Shown here: positions 36,211 through 49,900 of the stretch, in pieces
Numbering within the stretch: the first letter of the stretch is position 1
Layout of the letters: each line of letters opens with the position of its first letter
Position numbers and translations under genes: made by a program
Notes under the pieces: model-generated
What the model saw: only the letters and a program-made list of their open reading frames with translations
Database searches by the model: none
Told to the model about the DNA's origin: nothing
Assembly: GCF_018977255.1 (NCBI RefSeq)
Contig: NW_024704743.1
Location: 22,446,001-22,510,000, forward strand
From: Callorhinchus milii
Lineage: Eukaryota
Reading direction: 5' to 3'
Length of the DNA: 64,000 nucleotides

Positions 36211-37124
36211 ATGTAGGTCAAGGAGTAGAAGATGGATTTTTACACAGATAATGTAATATTGAACCAGAAAACAAACATGTACACAATAAATAGTTCCCAT
36301 TAGCAGGGGAAAAGAATCGAAAGGAATTGGATGTAATTATTGATCATATACTGAAGGGTTCCAGTCAATGTGAAACGCTGTCAACAAAAAGGGCATTTGA
36401 CTCCATTCTAACCTTGTGGAAATCACTGTGCGCATGGTTGAAAATTCACGATAGGGTTTTGAATGGTCCACAAGGAGTAGGCTAAATTTATTTTTCCATT
36501 TCACATTATGTTCTGTAACACTGGGAGTGGTAACTAGATAATACTTGGTGCTCTGCAAATTGGAGTGTGGCTTTTATATGCAGTGGAGCTGAAACCTCCT
36601 GGCTCAAATGGCAGAGAAAATCTTTAATTGCATACGTTATATATTTTTATATATATATGTGTATGTTTAAATGCAGTGCCTCACAATGATTTACCCAAAT
36701 CATTTAACTACAGCGCTTTCTTAAATAATCTGGTTAAACTATATCGGTGTCTTTGTGCTACAATACTGATATTATGATGAATTCTGGTTAAAGATTGGGT
36801 CTTTGGAAGGTCTTTACCCTGCTGTATTATTGAAGAAGGTACCAGAAATAAAAGTTGGGAATATCTTACTGCAGGCAGCAGGATAATGCCTTAGGCTTAT
36901 AAATGGTCAGACTCCGCCACTGTTAAGCGCTCCAGGATACCACCCGGCGTGAAGGGCGCTACATAAATGCAAGTTGTTGTTGATTGTGACACTTGCACAT
37001 GGTAAATCTTGAATCGAACGCCACAAAGTGTCTCAAGTGGAAGTCACTATAAATGCAATCATTTTCAGTTAGCAAATATTTTGCTTGTGGCCCCAATGTG
37101 TAGATTCTGTCTACAGGGGAAATA

Positions 37125-37480
37125 TTAATAACAATCCCTGCATTTGATATAGTGCCTTACCACGTCTCCGAGAAGACTCGAAACACTTCACAGAATATAC
37201 TGCAAAGTGAAGTGACTGTATATTTTTTGCAAGAAACAGCAGCCAAATTCGCAAGGCAGTGTCCCACAAACAATTGTGGATTGGGTGACCCAATGATTTA
37301 ANTTTTTTTTAAAGAATTATTGCTCCCGGAAGAGCGATCCACTAATTGACTAACAACCGGGTTCCTATTTACTGCGAGGTAAACAGAGATGTGTGGAGTA
37401 AGGAAACTTGCCTAACATTTTGTTCTGCCCGGTTATCAAACCCAAGGCGAGTGCTCGAAGCACTAAGCTACACGACTTCT
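37125..37480 (-). mobile_element. SINE family A, long form
   Basis: Alignment by eye to the family. Confidence 0.87.
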
Positions 37481-39017
37481 TAAAGCAGATACTCCATTTT
37501 TCATATTTTACTAATGTATCCTGATTGGCCTAAGAACTTCCTAAATGCCATTCAACTGTCATTTCATAAACCAGTTAAAAGTGTGAAAATATGATTTATT
37601 TTATGTGATTATCTTTGGACTATTAAGATCACATTGATTGGTTATAACATTGGTCAAAAATGATGTTTTTTCCCCTCTCCTTAAATATGGATATCAAGTG
37701 CGTACATTTAGTGCATAATTTAGTGGACCTACAGCTAATTGAGTAAGGAATACAAAAAACATAGATTTTTGAGATTAGGTGGCACACTGGTTAGCAAACT
37801 GTACTTTTGTCCTGCTTCATGTCCCCCGCCCGCCCGCCCGCCCCACCATCGGCAGTCGGGCCGGGCCATCAGCATTTCTGCCTCCACCGTTTGGAACTCC
37901 TTCGGTTACCCTCCAAATCCCAACCCCCCATCTCAGGTCCAAATCCTTGACTGTCCAGCCTCTTGGGACATCCTCCCGACGTGAAAGGCGCTTTACAAAT
38001 GCAATTTGTTATTGCTGTTTCACTTTGGAGACATGAATCCGGTCCATACTGTGGGGATGAATGTCTTCTGTTACGCTTGCTGTAAGGTTCTGATTGTGTT
38101 GAATTTGAACAGTTTCAATCTGGTTTGTAGTAGGAACAGGTGTAGTAATTCAATTATGTGCATGCTGGCAGTCTCGTGCAAATAGACCGCAAGGATATGC
38201 GTGGGAAATGGAAAAGTCATTCTGCTACAATCAGGATATCTCCCCTCAAGTTGGAGCTGTCACATTGTTGTTGCAGAGTTGACGGAATTGTAGCTATGCT
38301 GATGGTTACAATAGATATTGAAGAACTGAAAACACTTAACATCGCTCACTCTATTATCCACCTCATACATTTCAAACGTGTGTAATTTACAGTACTTCAG
38401 AAAGTCTTTGTGGATCAGGGATCGTAAGAAAACAGGAATAGGAGGTAACCATTGAGCCTATCCTGTGTATTCTACCAGTTTGATACACCTCTTAGTTCTA
38501 ATGCTCCATTCACCACATCCCTCAATATCTCTACCACCCAAGTATCTATTTCAATTTTAAACATCCCATTAATTTTGGCAGAGCATTTATGGCCCTTTGT
38601 GTTAAGAAATGCTGTTTTTTTTTATTTACTCGACTACATTTTTTTCTTTTCTAAATAATTTAACAGATGTGTGTGTGGTGTTCACACAGGTTTTTACTTC
38701 TAAAATCGTTCTATTTTTATTTCAATGTCATTTTGTTACATTTGTTTATCTCTTTTTCATGTTCAATAAACTGATTGCTTTGGTTCATTTTTGCTAAGCC
38801 AAATTAATTCCTAGATATCCTGAAATAATCTGTCCTGCAACAAGGTTAATTGTTCTGACTGTTACCGCACCTGAGAAATTGCCAGAGTTTCTATGCCACA
38901 GATTATATAGATTATAAAAGAGATGATGCTCATTAAATTTCATCCATCTTATCTAAGGACCTGGGAGTTCCCCAAAAAAAATTCTTTTTTGATTTACTTC
39001 TTTTTGCAGAAGCCATA

Positions 39018-39345
39018 GTACAACAGCAACGACTTGCATTTATATAGCACCCTTCATTTTGACAGTGTCTCGGAGACGCTGAGCTGTGAGAACGGTGGCA
39101 CAGTCAAAGAGGAAGGGCTTCAGATGCGATCTGAAGACAGGCAAGGTGGGGGGAGTGAGGCAGGGAGTTCCAGAGTTCAGGGCATAGTGGCTGAAGGCAC
39201 AGGCACCAAAGGTGGAGCGTATAGAAGGACGGAGCCAGCTGAGCAAAATGGAGTGGAGTGTAAACAGGTCGAAGAGGTAGCACAGTGCTAGGACGTGAAT
39301 TGATTTATAAGTAAGTGTAAAGATCTTGAAATCAATCTGTTCTGC
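39018..39345 (-). mobile_element. L2 3' fragment
   Basis: IDFKIFTLTYKSIH...FRSHLKPFLF and tail. Confidence 0.8.
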
Positions 39346-40099
39346 AAATAGTAGTATCAATACAAATACACTATAGCATATAGTGTAAATCGTGACAATA
39401 TAGGGTACAACATGTTTCTTGTAGTTTGTTAAAGGGAGACTTGTAATACAACTAACATTGGTACTTGGTTCTAGGTCAAGAATGTTGCATTTTGCCTAAA
39501 ATACCAAAAATCTACTGTCAGAAAGAATAATCTGCAATTTATAAATTTCTCAAAGCATTTTACAAAATATAAATATTTTGAAATTAAAGTGAATGTTATA
39601 TAGGCAAATCTAACCGCCAACATGCACAAGCAAAGTCCCACAAACAATGAGGTGGAACAGCCACTTAATTTAAGTTAAATAGTAAAATTGGAAGCTGAGG
39701 AACATTAACCAGAAAAAATACTTATTTTTAAAACATCACCTACATCAAAAGATCTGGAAATAAACACTCACATATCATAGAGAATACTACATAGTATAAA
39801 CTTTGTAGTAATAAATTTAAAGTTATATAATCAGATTTTTAAAGCATTTAATTAAAATTACCTCCTTACAAACTCATTGATAGCATCTTGTCATGTTGAA
39901 CTACGGTTGCAATTGTGCATCGTACTCAACAACAACTTGCATTTATATAGCGCCCCTCATGCAGGGTAGCGTCCCAGAGCAACTCAAGTTGCAGATGAAT
40001 AATTCCAGCTCATGTTTTGTGTTTACTGTTCACAGTCCTGCAATTATATAAACACACACACAGAGATTAGAAAGAAAACAATTTAGTTGATTTATATTA

Positions 40100-40615
40100 T
40101 AATAACTTGCATTTGATAGAGCTTTTGATGTTGGGAAGATGTATCAAAGTGCTTCCCATATATACTGCAATGTGTTGTGACTGTACTTTATAGGAGAATG
40201 TAGCAGCTAATTTACACACAGCAGTGTCCCACATACAGCCACAAAGTGAATGACTCATTTTATTTGGGGGATTGTTTTACCAGGAACCTGGGAGAAACTC
40301 CCTTCTCTTTTTCAATGGTGCCATGGGATCTTTAACATCCAGCTTGACTGGCGGATGGAAACTCGGGTTAATATCTCAACTGAAGGGCCACATGCATTAT
40401 TGCACTATACGTAATTATCCCGTCAAAATAAATAATAATAATTTGATCACTCAATCCACGACTGTTTGTGGGACACTGCTGTGCGCAATTGGTTGCCACG
40501 TTTCGCCCAGAAAATATACAGTCAATTTACTTTACAGTATATTCTGTGAAGCGCTTTGAGAAGTCTCAAAAGACGTGACAAGGCACTATATCAAATGCAA
40601 GGATTATTATTATTA
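40100..40615. mobile_element. Deu-SINE fragment (minus, about 40100-40390) joined to a SINE-A 3' half (plus, about 40430-40615)
   Basis: Motif matches to the copies above. Confidence 0.75.
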
Positions 40616-41559
40616 TGCAAGAAATCTGTGTTATTGCATATGTAAGCTAACAGGATAATATTTTGATTTTGTTTCACTGCTGCTGCTATGGTCTGTTTTC
40701 CTTATGCTCGAATCCGGTTCCTTTGGTGCCCACTGTACCTTGCTGAAATGGTCATTTTTCATATTTGAGCCTTACCCGTAAGGGATGGCTACCTATTCAA
40801 CCATCACAGCCGATAGCATTCACTCAACTATTGTTGAAACGTGCACAACTTCCAGTGGTGTTCTCTCGACTCGCGAGCAGCAGCAACCCTGGCTGATTTT
40901 CCCCTCCTCAACCCAAAGTGCTGAGACCAATTGTAAAGGCTCTCCTGCTGCACCATCTGAGATCCATTAATGCCACAAACTGGATTTGAAACCTGGCGCC
41001 TTCCGTTCTTGATGGTATAGAGCTCACCGGGTGGTACTTTTAACCACTCAGCTATGAGAGTGCCACTTGCATCGGTTTTCAAAACTAAAAATTATATACA
41101 AACAGAATGATTACAATTTATGATTGAGTTTAATCCATTGCACACTTCCCACTGCAGTCTGTTTTCCAAGCTATTCACATCATATTCATGTGTCATCGTG
41201 AGAGTTCGTAGAGCTCATCATTCCTGAATTCCAATCAACCTGTTTCGCAACAGAATTTAAGATACTATGTGACTAATCGTGTGTAAGATTATCACTTCTG
41301 CCTCTGCGACTTTCAGTTCAAAGAAAGGCAGCAGGTCTACACCATGGGTACTAATTTTGATCGAATTTGTAAAGAGTTCAAACTTTCAGGACAAAATTAG
41401 ATCACCTGGTGATGGCCAAACAGAAAAGCATGGCCCTGCACCATTCTTCTCAGACATTAAGGATTAATGTACCTGCAGAGAAAACTCTGCCTGTGATTTT
41501 TTTCAAGCTGTGCTCAGAGTACTGTCATGAAATGTTGGTGTATGGCATAATGATGATGA

Positions 41560-41930
41560 TGATAATAATAATAATCCTTGCATTTCATATAGCACTATTT
41601 CACGTCTTCAAGACGTCTCAAAGTGCTTCACAGGATTATAGTGTAAAGTGTAAAGTGAATTGACTGCATATTTTGTGGGTGAACAAGGCAGCCAGTTGCG
41701 CACAGCAGTGTCCTACAAACAGTTGTGGGTATTATTAACTCTTGAAGGCATTATTACCCCTGAAAAAGCGATCCGACAATCGACTAACAACTGGGTTCCT
41801 ACTTACTGATAGGTAAACAGAGGCATATGGAGTAAGGAAACTTGCCCAACGTTTCACCCTGCCGGGTTTTGAACCCAGGTCTCCCACTTGTGAGGCGAGT
41901 GCTCTAACCACTGAGCTACAGGACTCCATA
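41560..41930 (-). mobile_element. SINE family A, long form
   Basis: Full head, core and tail. Confidence 0.9.
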
Positions 41931-42178
41931 ATGATCACCATTTCTTGTTATAAACACCAAACGAACGAATCGCTGTTAGCGAATAATGTGTGATAGATGC
42001 CATCGATTGCTAAATTTATTTTATTTGTAGAATTAAGTTCTTTGTCATCTATTTGTTATGGTTTGATATGCAAGATCTAACTGTGTTTATTACTGAAACT
42101 AGCAAATTGGTTATTTAATGTATATTACAGTATAACTAGTCAAGCAAATGATTAACATGAAATATTTTTGTGGTACAG

Positions 42179-42354
42179 GTATTTTGTTCTGAACTCGGAG
42201 TTGGGTGTGCTGCAGTACTTTGTAAACGAACAATGCAAAGGTCAGAAGCCAAGAGGAGTCCTGCATTTGTCTGGCGCCTTGATCTCACCCAGTGATGAAG
42301 TTTCCCACATGTTTGTAGTCCAAGCTGCCAATGGTGAACTGTATAAACTCCGAG
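42179..42354 (+). CDS. OSBPL10: OSBPL10 canonical exon 2, PH domain core ([58 protein letters not shown])
   Basis: Acceptor tacAG at 42177-78, donor G|GTATTG at 42354/55, 176 nt, phase 2 to 1. Strong match to ORP10/ORP11 PH domain. Confidence 0.96.
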
Positions 42355-44939
42355 GTATTGCAAACATGTCCTGCATTTTCATGACTGAAATAATGAATAT
42401 GTTTTGCTCTATTAGTAATTAGAGATACATTTAGAAAATATGAGCAGCTTCCCACATGGTTGATTTAATACAGACCTGACTTGGCATCTCTCCGGTTTGG
42501 GCCAAAACGTATGTAACTTTGTTGTTGAATGAGACGTGTACAATGTATATGTCTATATCAGTAGGTCAGAGAGTTGACCTAACGTGAAATCCATGCTTTC
42601 CTGCCACCTGAATGCACTCACTCCTATAATCAGGAAGGGAAAGAAAAGATAAGTTTGGTTGTCGCCTTATGGTGTTTGATCATGGAGTAACATAGGTAGT
42701 TATGAAGATATTGGCCTTGAAATAGCAAATTATGCTATTAATTACATTCACGTTTAATAGTGACTTGCACTTTTAATATAAAATGTGCTCTTTTATCCAG
42801 GAATGTATTTTACTGCTGAAGTACCAGAAATTAATTGCATATTATAATTTGTTCTGATTACCTGATCTGGAGTACCAAAAACACTCTCTGGGCTCCCCAA
42901 GCTTTGACACTTGTCAACTTGCGTCTAACGCTCTCTGGAATTAGGTAAGCAGGGAAAGAGTACGCATTACATTCTAATAAATATCTTGGGAATTTCAATG
43001 TGTAGGTGGGATGTATGGAACTCTGTTTAGTTTGGATATTCTTACGTGTGCATATCTGCATGTGTCAGAAACCTGGCTGACCGAAAAAAAGTATAATGAA
43101 TATTAAAAATTTAAGGCACTCCCATAATAAAATAGCAATTCTGCTATGTGCCACAATATTGTTGAGATGTTCAATCATTAAAATAGTGTGTGTAACACAA
43201 ATTGTTACAATACCGTTGCATTTTTAAAAAAAAGGCAATTTCTGACCTATACATAAAAATAGCCTGAGAAAGGAAGTTGTTAGATAACTTATTGCCTTCA
43301 CTGTTAGTTGGTAATTGCACATTTAGAACAATAACAGGATGTATTTCTGCAGATGTAAGTTACTAAATAGATCATCTCATTGGCTGTTATAAAACGTTTC
43401 AGTACAAGTATCTCAGTCATGTTTAAAAGGAACGAGATGAAGGCAAATGATAATGAGGTAAACATATTAGTGGTCATATTGAGATTCCTGTTGGGGGTAG
43501 GAGGGGGTTTTACTGACTAACTCATTCCAGTTGTTACTGCAATGTATTAATGTGCTTTTTTTAATATAGAGTGGTTGCATGTTGCTCTGTTCCTTCAGTT
43601 GCTAACAGTGAGGGTTTCAATCTTGGCTGGTGCATGTAATGCTTAGTCACTATTGTGATCCAGCCGATGTTAGCGGTTTACAGAGTATGATTTTTTTTCA
43701 GAACAGCTCGCTTACTGCCTACTCTTTCTGGAAGTGCTGCAAATAAGATATCTCCACGTGGCAGGAACCAAAATGTCCAAATTAGGGGAAAAATGAATAT
43801 TTCAAATGTTGCTAAAATTCTCATTTTAGAATAGATATGGCTTCTGCTCAAAAATGAACAATATTAAAAAAACACAGGAAATATGCAACCACTATGAAAA
43901 GATGGGGATAAATTTCAGATGTCATTTGGTGACCAGATGCTCTTTATTATATGTGCCTTTTTTGATATATCACGTTGTCAAGTTGGCTCAAAGTACAACA
44001 CAGGATTTTACTGTGAAATGTGGTAACTTTGTATTTGTAGACAAACATGGCAGTTAATTTACAAACAGTAACGTTTCACAAACAACCATGAAATGAGTGA
44101 CCATTTTTAAATTTAGCTGGATCATTGGCCAGGACACTGGAAGAAGCTCTTCTATGATCAGTCGAATCTATCATCCACTTGCTTAAAAATAGGTTTGTTT
44201 CTCGTTTATAAATGAGGAATGAAAAAAAAGTTGGTTTGAATTGGTGAAAAACAGCACTGCATAAACTCAGAATTAATTGCTGCTGTGTTACAAAATCAGT
44301 AAGCTCCTTCTATCTTAGCATTACAGGAATATACTGTGTAAGTCTATACTGTATTCACGATGTGTAAAAAATCAACTCAACACTCAGCTAACCAGATTTC
44401 AAGTATCCAGAATTCAGACTTATTNAAAAAAATCTTCGAGCCAAAAGCCCACCTGCGTGTAAAATTGATTTTTTTTCAATTTATAACTGTGACTTGCATT
44501 TATATAGCGCCCTTCACGCGGGTAGCGTCCCGGAGCGCTTTACAGTGGTGGAGTCGAATTTAAATATTAAGGAGGATTTATTTTAAGTAGATTTACAAGG
44601 TGTATTTTATTACACAGTATTTATTTTAAATGCATTAACACTTAAAAGGGAGATCTGGTCTGGCTAGGCAGACCAGATCTCCCTTTTAAATGGGTTTGCC
44701 AGGGGTTGGGTACATTTTTAATGTAAGTTTTAAAACGTTTAATATTAATAGTGTATTTTTATATATAAAACAACATTTATATTTTGTTCCAAGAGTGTGT
44801 GCACTGTGTCCTTGCATGTTGCAAGTCTTCATCTTATTTTATACTTTACCCATTGGATATCATGTTCAGTTTGGATCATTCGATGAATGGCTCTGGCCCT
44901 AATGGTGTACACTTATACACATTCCACCTCAAAACCAAA

Positions 44940-46150
44940 ACACCACCAACAGCAACTTGCACTTATATAGCGCCTTCCATGCAGGGTAGCGTCTTAGAGC
45001 GCTTAACAGTGGCGGAGCCTGACTCTGAGCCAGAGGGTTGGTGGCCGTAAGCACGGTTGAAGAGGAAAGTTTTCAGGCGGGACTTGAAAGGGAGGAGAGA
45101 GGGGGCAAGGTGGAGGGATTGAGGGAGAGTGTTCCAGAGTTTTGGGGTGTAGTGGCCGAAAGCACGACCTCCGATGGTAGGGTGGAGGGTCGAGCGGAAG
45201 TGCCAGATGGTAGATTGGGAAATGAGGAGGTCGGAGAGGTAGGGAGGTGCTAGGGAGTGAATGGATTTCAACACGAGAATGAGGATCTTGAAGCCGTTCC
45301 GTTCAGTGATGGGGAACCAGTGGAAACTGGCCAGAACTGGAGAGATGTGGGCATGGAATTTGGTCTGAGTTAGTGTGCGGGCAGCAGAGTTTTGAATAAA
45401 CTGGATCTTATGAATGTGGGAGCTGGGGAGACCGTTGCGGAGTGCGTTTAAGTAATCCAGCGTGGAGGTGAGAAATGCATGCACGGGGTTTTGGCTGCAT
45501 TTGGAGTAAGGTACGGTTGGAGGTGGACAATGTGCCGGAGGTGGATGAAGGTGGTCCTGGTCAGGGACCGGATGTGGGGGAGGAAGGACAGCTGGGGGTC
45601 AAACCGGACGCCTAGGTTGCACACTGGTTGGGAGAGTGTGAGGGAGAGCCCAGGGAGGTTAAGGGGTTCAGATCCACAGGAGTGAAGACGTTGACCGAAG
45701 CCAAGGAATATGGTTTCCGTCTTGTCCATATTCAGCTGCAGGAAGTTAAGTAGGACTCGAACCATGCGAGTGGGGTCCCACTAAGGTAGATGAAGGAGGA
45801 GAGCCAATGGAGGAAGATGGCGTAGTCGACTGTGTCGAACTCGGCAGAGAAAATCCAGGAGGAAGAGGAGACAGAGGAAGCCCTGTTCACAGATAGAGAG
45901 GACGTTGTTTGTGACTTTGACAAGCGCTGTCTCTGTGCTGTGGGCAGGGCGAAAACCAGACTGCAGGGGCTCGTGGAGGGAAAGGTGTGTCCGAAGTTGA
46001 CCTGCAACAACGTGTTCCAGGATTTTGCAAGGAGGATAGGTTGGAGATGGGATGGTAGTGGAGAGATTAGAGGGATCGATGGTGGTTTTTTTGAGGTGGA
46101 ATGTGATGACAGCGGTTTTCAGGGGGAGTGGAACAGAGCCTGAGGAGAGA
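44940..46150 (-). mobile_element. L2 LINE ORF2 (second subfamily tail), internally deleted
   Basis: QSGFRPAHSTETALVKVTN, NFLQLNMDKTE, VCNLGVRFDPQLSF, HISPVLASFHWFPI. Tail gacgctaccctgcatggaaggcgctatataagtgcaag(ttg)n. Confidence 0.92.
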
Positions 46151-46534
46151 GATATTGCAGAGTAAAGTGTTACATACTCCCTCCTCATTGTCCAATTTAA
46201 ATTTTCATTGAACTCAACAGGAAAATTTGATCAACATGTTATGTGAGTTTGATGTGAATCTTCTGTCTTGCATTCCTAGTTACCCCACAGTGAAGCTGCA
46301 TTTGGGTTTTTATTTTGAAATTAAGAAATGTGCTCAATTGGCCGCTGTGATTTTGTTGCTGATTTATAAATTCAAATCTTGTAATATGTATAAACCGAGA
46401 GGGAAATACATGCATTGAATCGTCTTATAACTGGTAGATAGGGATTGGGTGGCATTACACCTAAAAAGGTTACAATTAACTATTAAACCAACAGCATTAT
46501 TTCTGGAGCGAGCCTTGAATGGTTAATGTTTTTG

Positions 46535-46708
46535 ATGATAATAATCCTTGCAATTGATATAGTGCCTTATCATGTCTTCGAGACGTCTTAAAGCACTTCA
46601 CAGAATATACTGTAAAGTGAATTAACTGTATATTTTGTGGGTGACACACGGCAGCCAATTGCGCACGGCAGTGTCCCACAAACAGTTGTGGATTGAGTGA
46701 CCAATTGG
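46535..46708 (-). mobile_element. SINE family A 3' half
   Basis: Tail and body match. Confidence 0.85.
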
Positions 46709-48469
46709 AAGTTAGTGCTTTTCGTATCAACATCATGCCTTATTTTCCTCCCCAAAATCTGGTGTTTTAACCTTAATAGGAGCAAAATCCACCAGAATTT
46801 TTTTTTAAAAGTGACTTGTAAATCAATATCTAATTTTTGCAGCATATTGATTAATTTGTAAATACTATATTACAAATTTAAAAGAAAAGTATGCAATATA
46901 CTCATTTTGAGTATGGAATCGGCTACAAATTATCAAAGAAAACATTGGCATTGTTTATAGCACCTTATCAAATTGAAATGTTACAGCGTGCAATATAATG
47001 CAGCCCTGTTATAATGTTTCTTTATACTGATTTGGGTTTGGTGTAATGCAGTTTTCACCGTGCTTTTGGTCATCTTTTCCCCTTTCTAACCTTCCTCGGC
47101 TCCCACTGCAGCTTGAATGCCCAGGCAGTACTGTTAAATGATTTGGGACATCCTGTCCACAACCCTGTATAAATATTAATTTGTCATGTCATTTGTATTG
47201 TGCTGTGAGGACACAATTTACTACCATGTCAGCCCAGCCAGCGCACTCAATTCCACTTGGCAACCGGCTCTTGTGTTGAAATGACAGACTTCCAGGTCCT
47301 TAGGTCAATTATCTTTTGTCAGCCGGGTGTCTGATGCATGCAGAAACACATCACCATATCACCATGCATAAGAGTATCCAAACCAGACTGAATTCCATGT
47401 TTGTCTGTCACCTACTAATGTAATTTGTACTGTGTCTTGAATGGAATGCTCTCTTTCTCTCCTCTCTCTCTCTCTCTCTGAAGGGACGTGTCCTCCTATC
47501 TTAATTCCAGAGAGTATTATGCATATGTTTGCAAGAGTTAAGGTAAGAGCTCAGCCAAGGATGTGTGTTGGAGTCAGCTGGAGTTTAATCCAGCTAAATC
47601 CACAGTTTGCCATTGACAGCACTGTCTGGTGAGCTTCCTGTTGCTTGTCCAGCTAGGACTACACCACCCATTGGGACGTTACCCTCCCCCATCACTGGAA
47701 GATAGTCACTAGTTGGCAATTTGATATCCGACAAGCAAGCACCAGTTTGAGCCCTCACGAGGTGAATAGCAGATACCGGGAACTCCCTGTGAGCTTCCCC
47801 AATAGCAGCATCAGAATTATTTTATAAACATTTACAGTAATTCCTACATGTCTGCACAGTAACTGTAGGTATGTTCTTGCCAATTCTTTTTTAAAATAAT
47901 TTATATGTATCCAAGTTATGAAGACTGACTAGAACAATTGATTTTACATTACATCAAAGCAGCATATGTGTAAAACAATAAATTGATGTTTAGCTCCTTT
48001 GATGGAATATTTCATTCCCAATTGGTGAGCTTGAGTGTTAAACTTATTGTTCGACTTAAAAAGCCTTATACAGTGAGTTATCTCATGTCAGTCTATTATT
48101 GTAATTGAGACCAAACCAAATCTTCACAAGGAAGTCAGTCGATTGTAATACTTTTAGGTGGCACATTTATTTATTTTCTGACAAAAGTTTGTGTTCAAAA
48201 TAGTTGCTGTCTAAGAAGGCTTTGTGATAAGCTCTCTTAGAAGCTTATCACAAAGTCCTCTTAAGAGTATTAGGCGGCTGAACCTTGACTTCCTAAGGAA
48301 GGATTTTTTAAATTCAAAAACCTTACATATGAGTCTATACTGATATTTATAAATCTTTTACTAACATGCAAATTGCATGAGTTGTGTAAAGCATTTGTTG
48401 AATAGTGTTAAAAAGAAGAATGATTTGTTTTCCTTCTTGTTAAAATACATGTCTGCTTCTGCACTGCAG

Positions 48470-48549
48470 CTGGAGATGCCAAAGAAAGACTCTACTGGGT
48501 GAACCAGCTTCAGGCTTCTGCGAAATACCACACTGAAAGTAATGTCAAG
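48470..48549 (+). CDS. OSBPL10: OSBPL10 canonical exon 3, PH C-terminal helix (AGDAKERLYWVNQLQASAKYHTESNVK)
   Basis: Acceptor ctgcAG at 48468-69, donor AAG|GTAAAA at 48549/50, 80 nt, phase 1 to 0. Contains the invariant PH helix Trp. Not in the ORF track. Confidence 0.95.
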
Positions 48550-49454
48550 GTAAAATGTCGTTGATGTAAAGCACTGAATTTCTGAGTCTCAGTTGGATAT
48601 TGATTGCCTCACTGAAATTCCCGTTGGTAACATTTAAAGCGAGAATATCCCAGTTTTTGTTTTTTAACAAAGGGCAGCTCTATTAGAATGTGCCCTAGTT
48701 AAGCACAGATTCCCGTAGAGCACAGTTGACCTGTGCTGGTACTGGAATTGCAGCAAGCCCAGCTTCCGTTGTTGACTTGCCAGCTTCCTGCACTAAAAAT
48801 GACTTATTTCTAGGTTGTCAGGTCATCTCCGCCATCACTTCCTCCATGCTGACCATGCACGCTATGTGCAAGAAGCAGCACCAACATCACTTTGTGAAGG
48901 CAATGCCGTCAGCAGTGACTTGATGGCCTGGAAATGGTCACTTTTTTGCACTGCGTTCTGATGTAGAGGGGTGGCAGGGTTAATTTTTATTCATTTTATA
49001 ACTTGTCTTCTGGGTCAGTGAAGAAATTGGGCATAGTTAGGTAGTTGGCTACTAACAAATTTTATGATAGAGCCATTGTGTGTTCCATGGGAGCTCAACA
49101 TGCAAAGGTTCTCCCCGGATGACTTTCCAGAGCATTTTCCTGATGCATCAATGCTCGAAACTGGCCGCAAGAATCCTTGGTCTGATCATAGAAAATAAGA
49201 ACCTAATCAGAAAGAGTCTCAGAAACAGCTGAGATTATTATTGCACTCAATGAAGCCAAGTGTTAGATAAAAGTATGCATTCCATTCTTTGTTAATTTAT
49301 ACTTAATTATAGTTATATGTGTTGCAGTAATGATATCTAATTGCTGTTGCTGTTCTATGAATTCAAATGATGTGGAAGTGTCCTGACCAACATCCCATAA
49401 ATAAAATTGGTCATTCACTTCATGGCTGTTTGTGGCACAAGGCTTTCCGAACTC

Positions 49455-49900
49455 GCACGATCACCTACAGTGTACTCCAAGGCTCTATCCTCGGCCCCCT
49501 TCTTTTCCTCATTTACATGCTCCATCTCGCAATATCATCCGCAGACACTGGGTCAACTTCCATATGACACTCAAATCTACTCCAGGTCCGCAGATGTTCT
49601 GTTGGCTTGTCTGGCAGACATCAGGGTACGGCTGAGCGCAAACTTCTTGTAACCCTGACTCCTGTCAACGNTTTTTGTCCTGCGGTCTGACCTCCTCACC
49701 CTCTCCGGCCTATCTCTCAGACTTACTGTACTTGTGTGTAACTTTGTAACTTAAGAGACAGATTCTATCCTCCGCTGTCCTTACCCCACATCCAATCCCC
49801 GTCCAGGATCACTTTCCTTCACCTCCGTCACATTGTCTGCTTCCGACCGTACCTCACATCCAATGCAGCCCAAACTCTCGTCCACGCTTTCGTCGCCTTG
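49455..49900 (+). mobile_element. L2 RT fragment
   Basis: VLQGSILGPLLFLIYML; AAQTLVHAF. Confidence 0.85.

Noticed and set aside
48813..48923. Possible extra exon after ttatttctAG in intron 3
   Set aside because: In the phase required by exon 3 it reads VVRSSPPSLPPC then stop; no recognisable homology or good donor.
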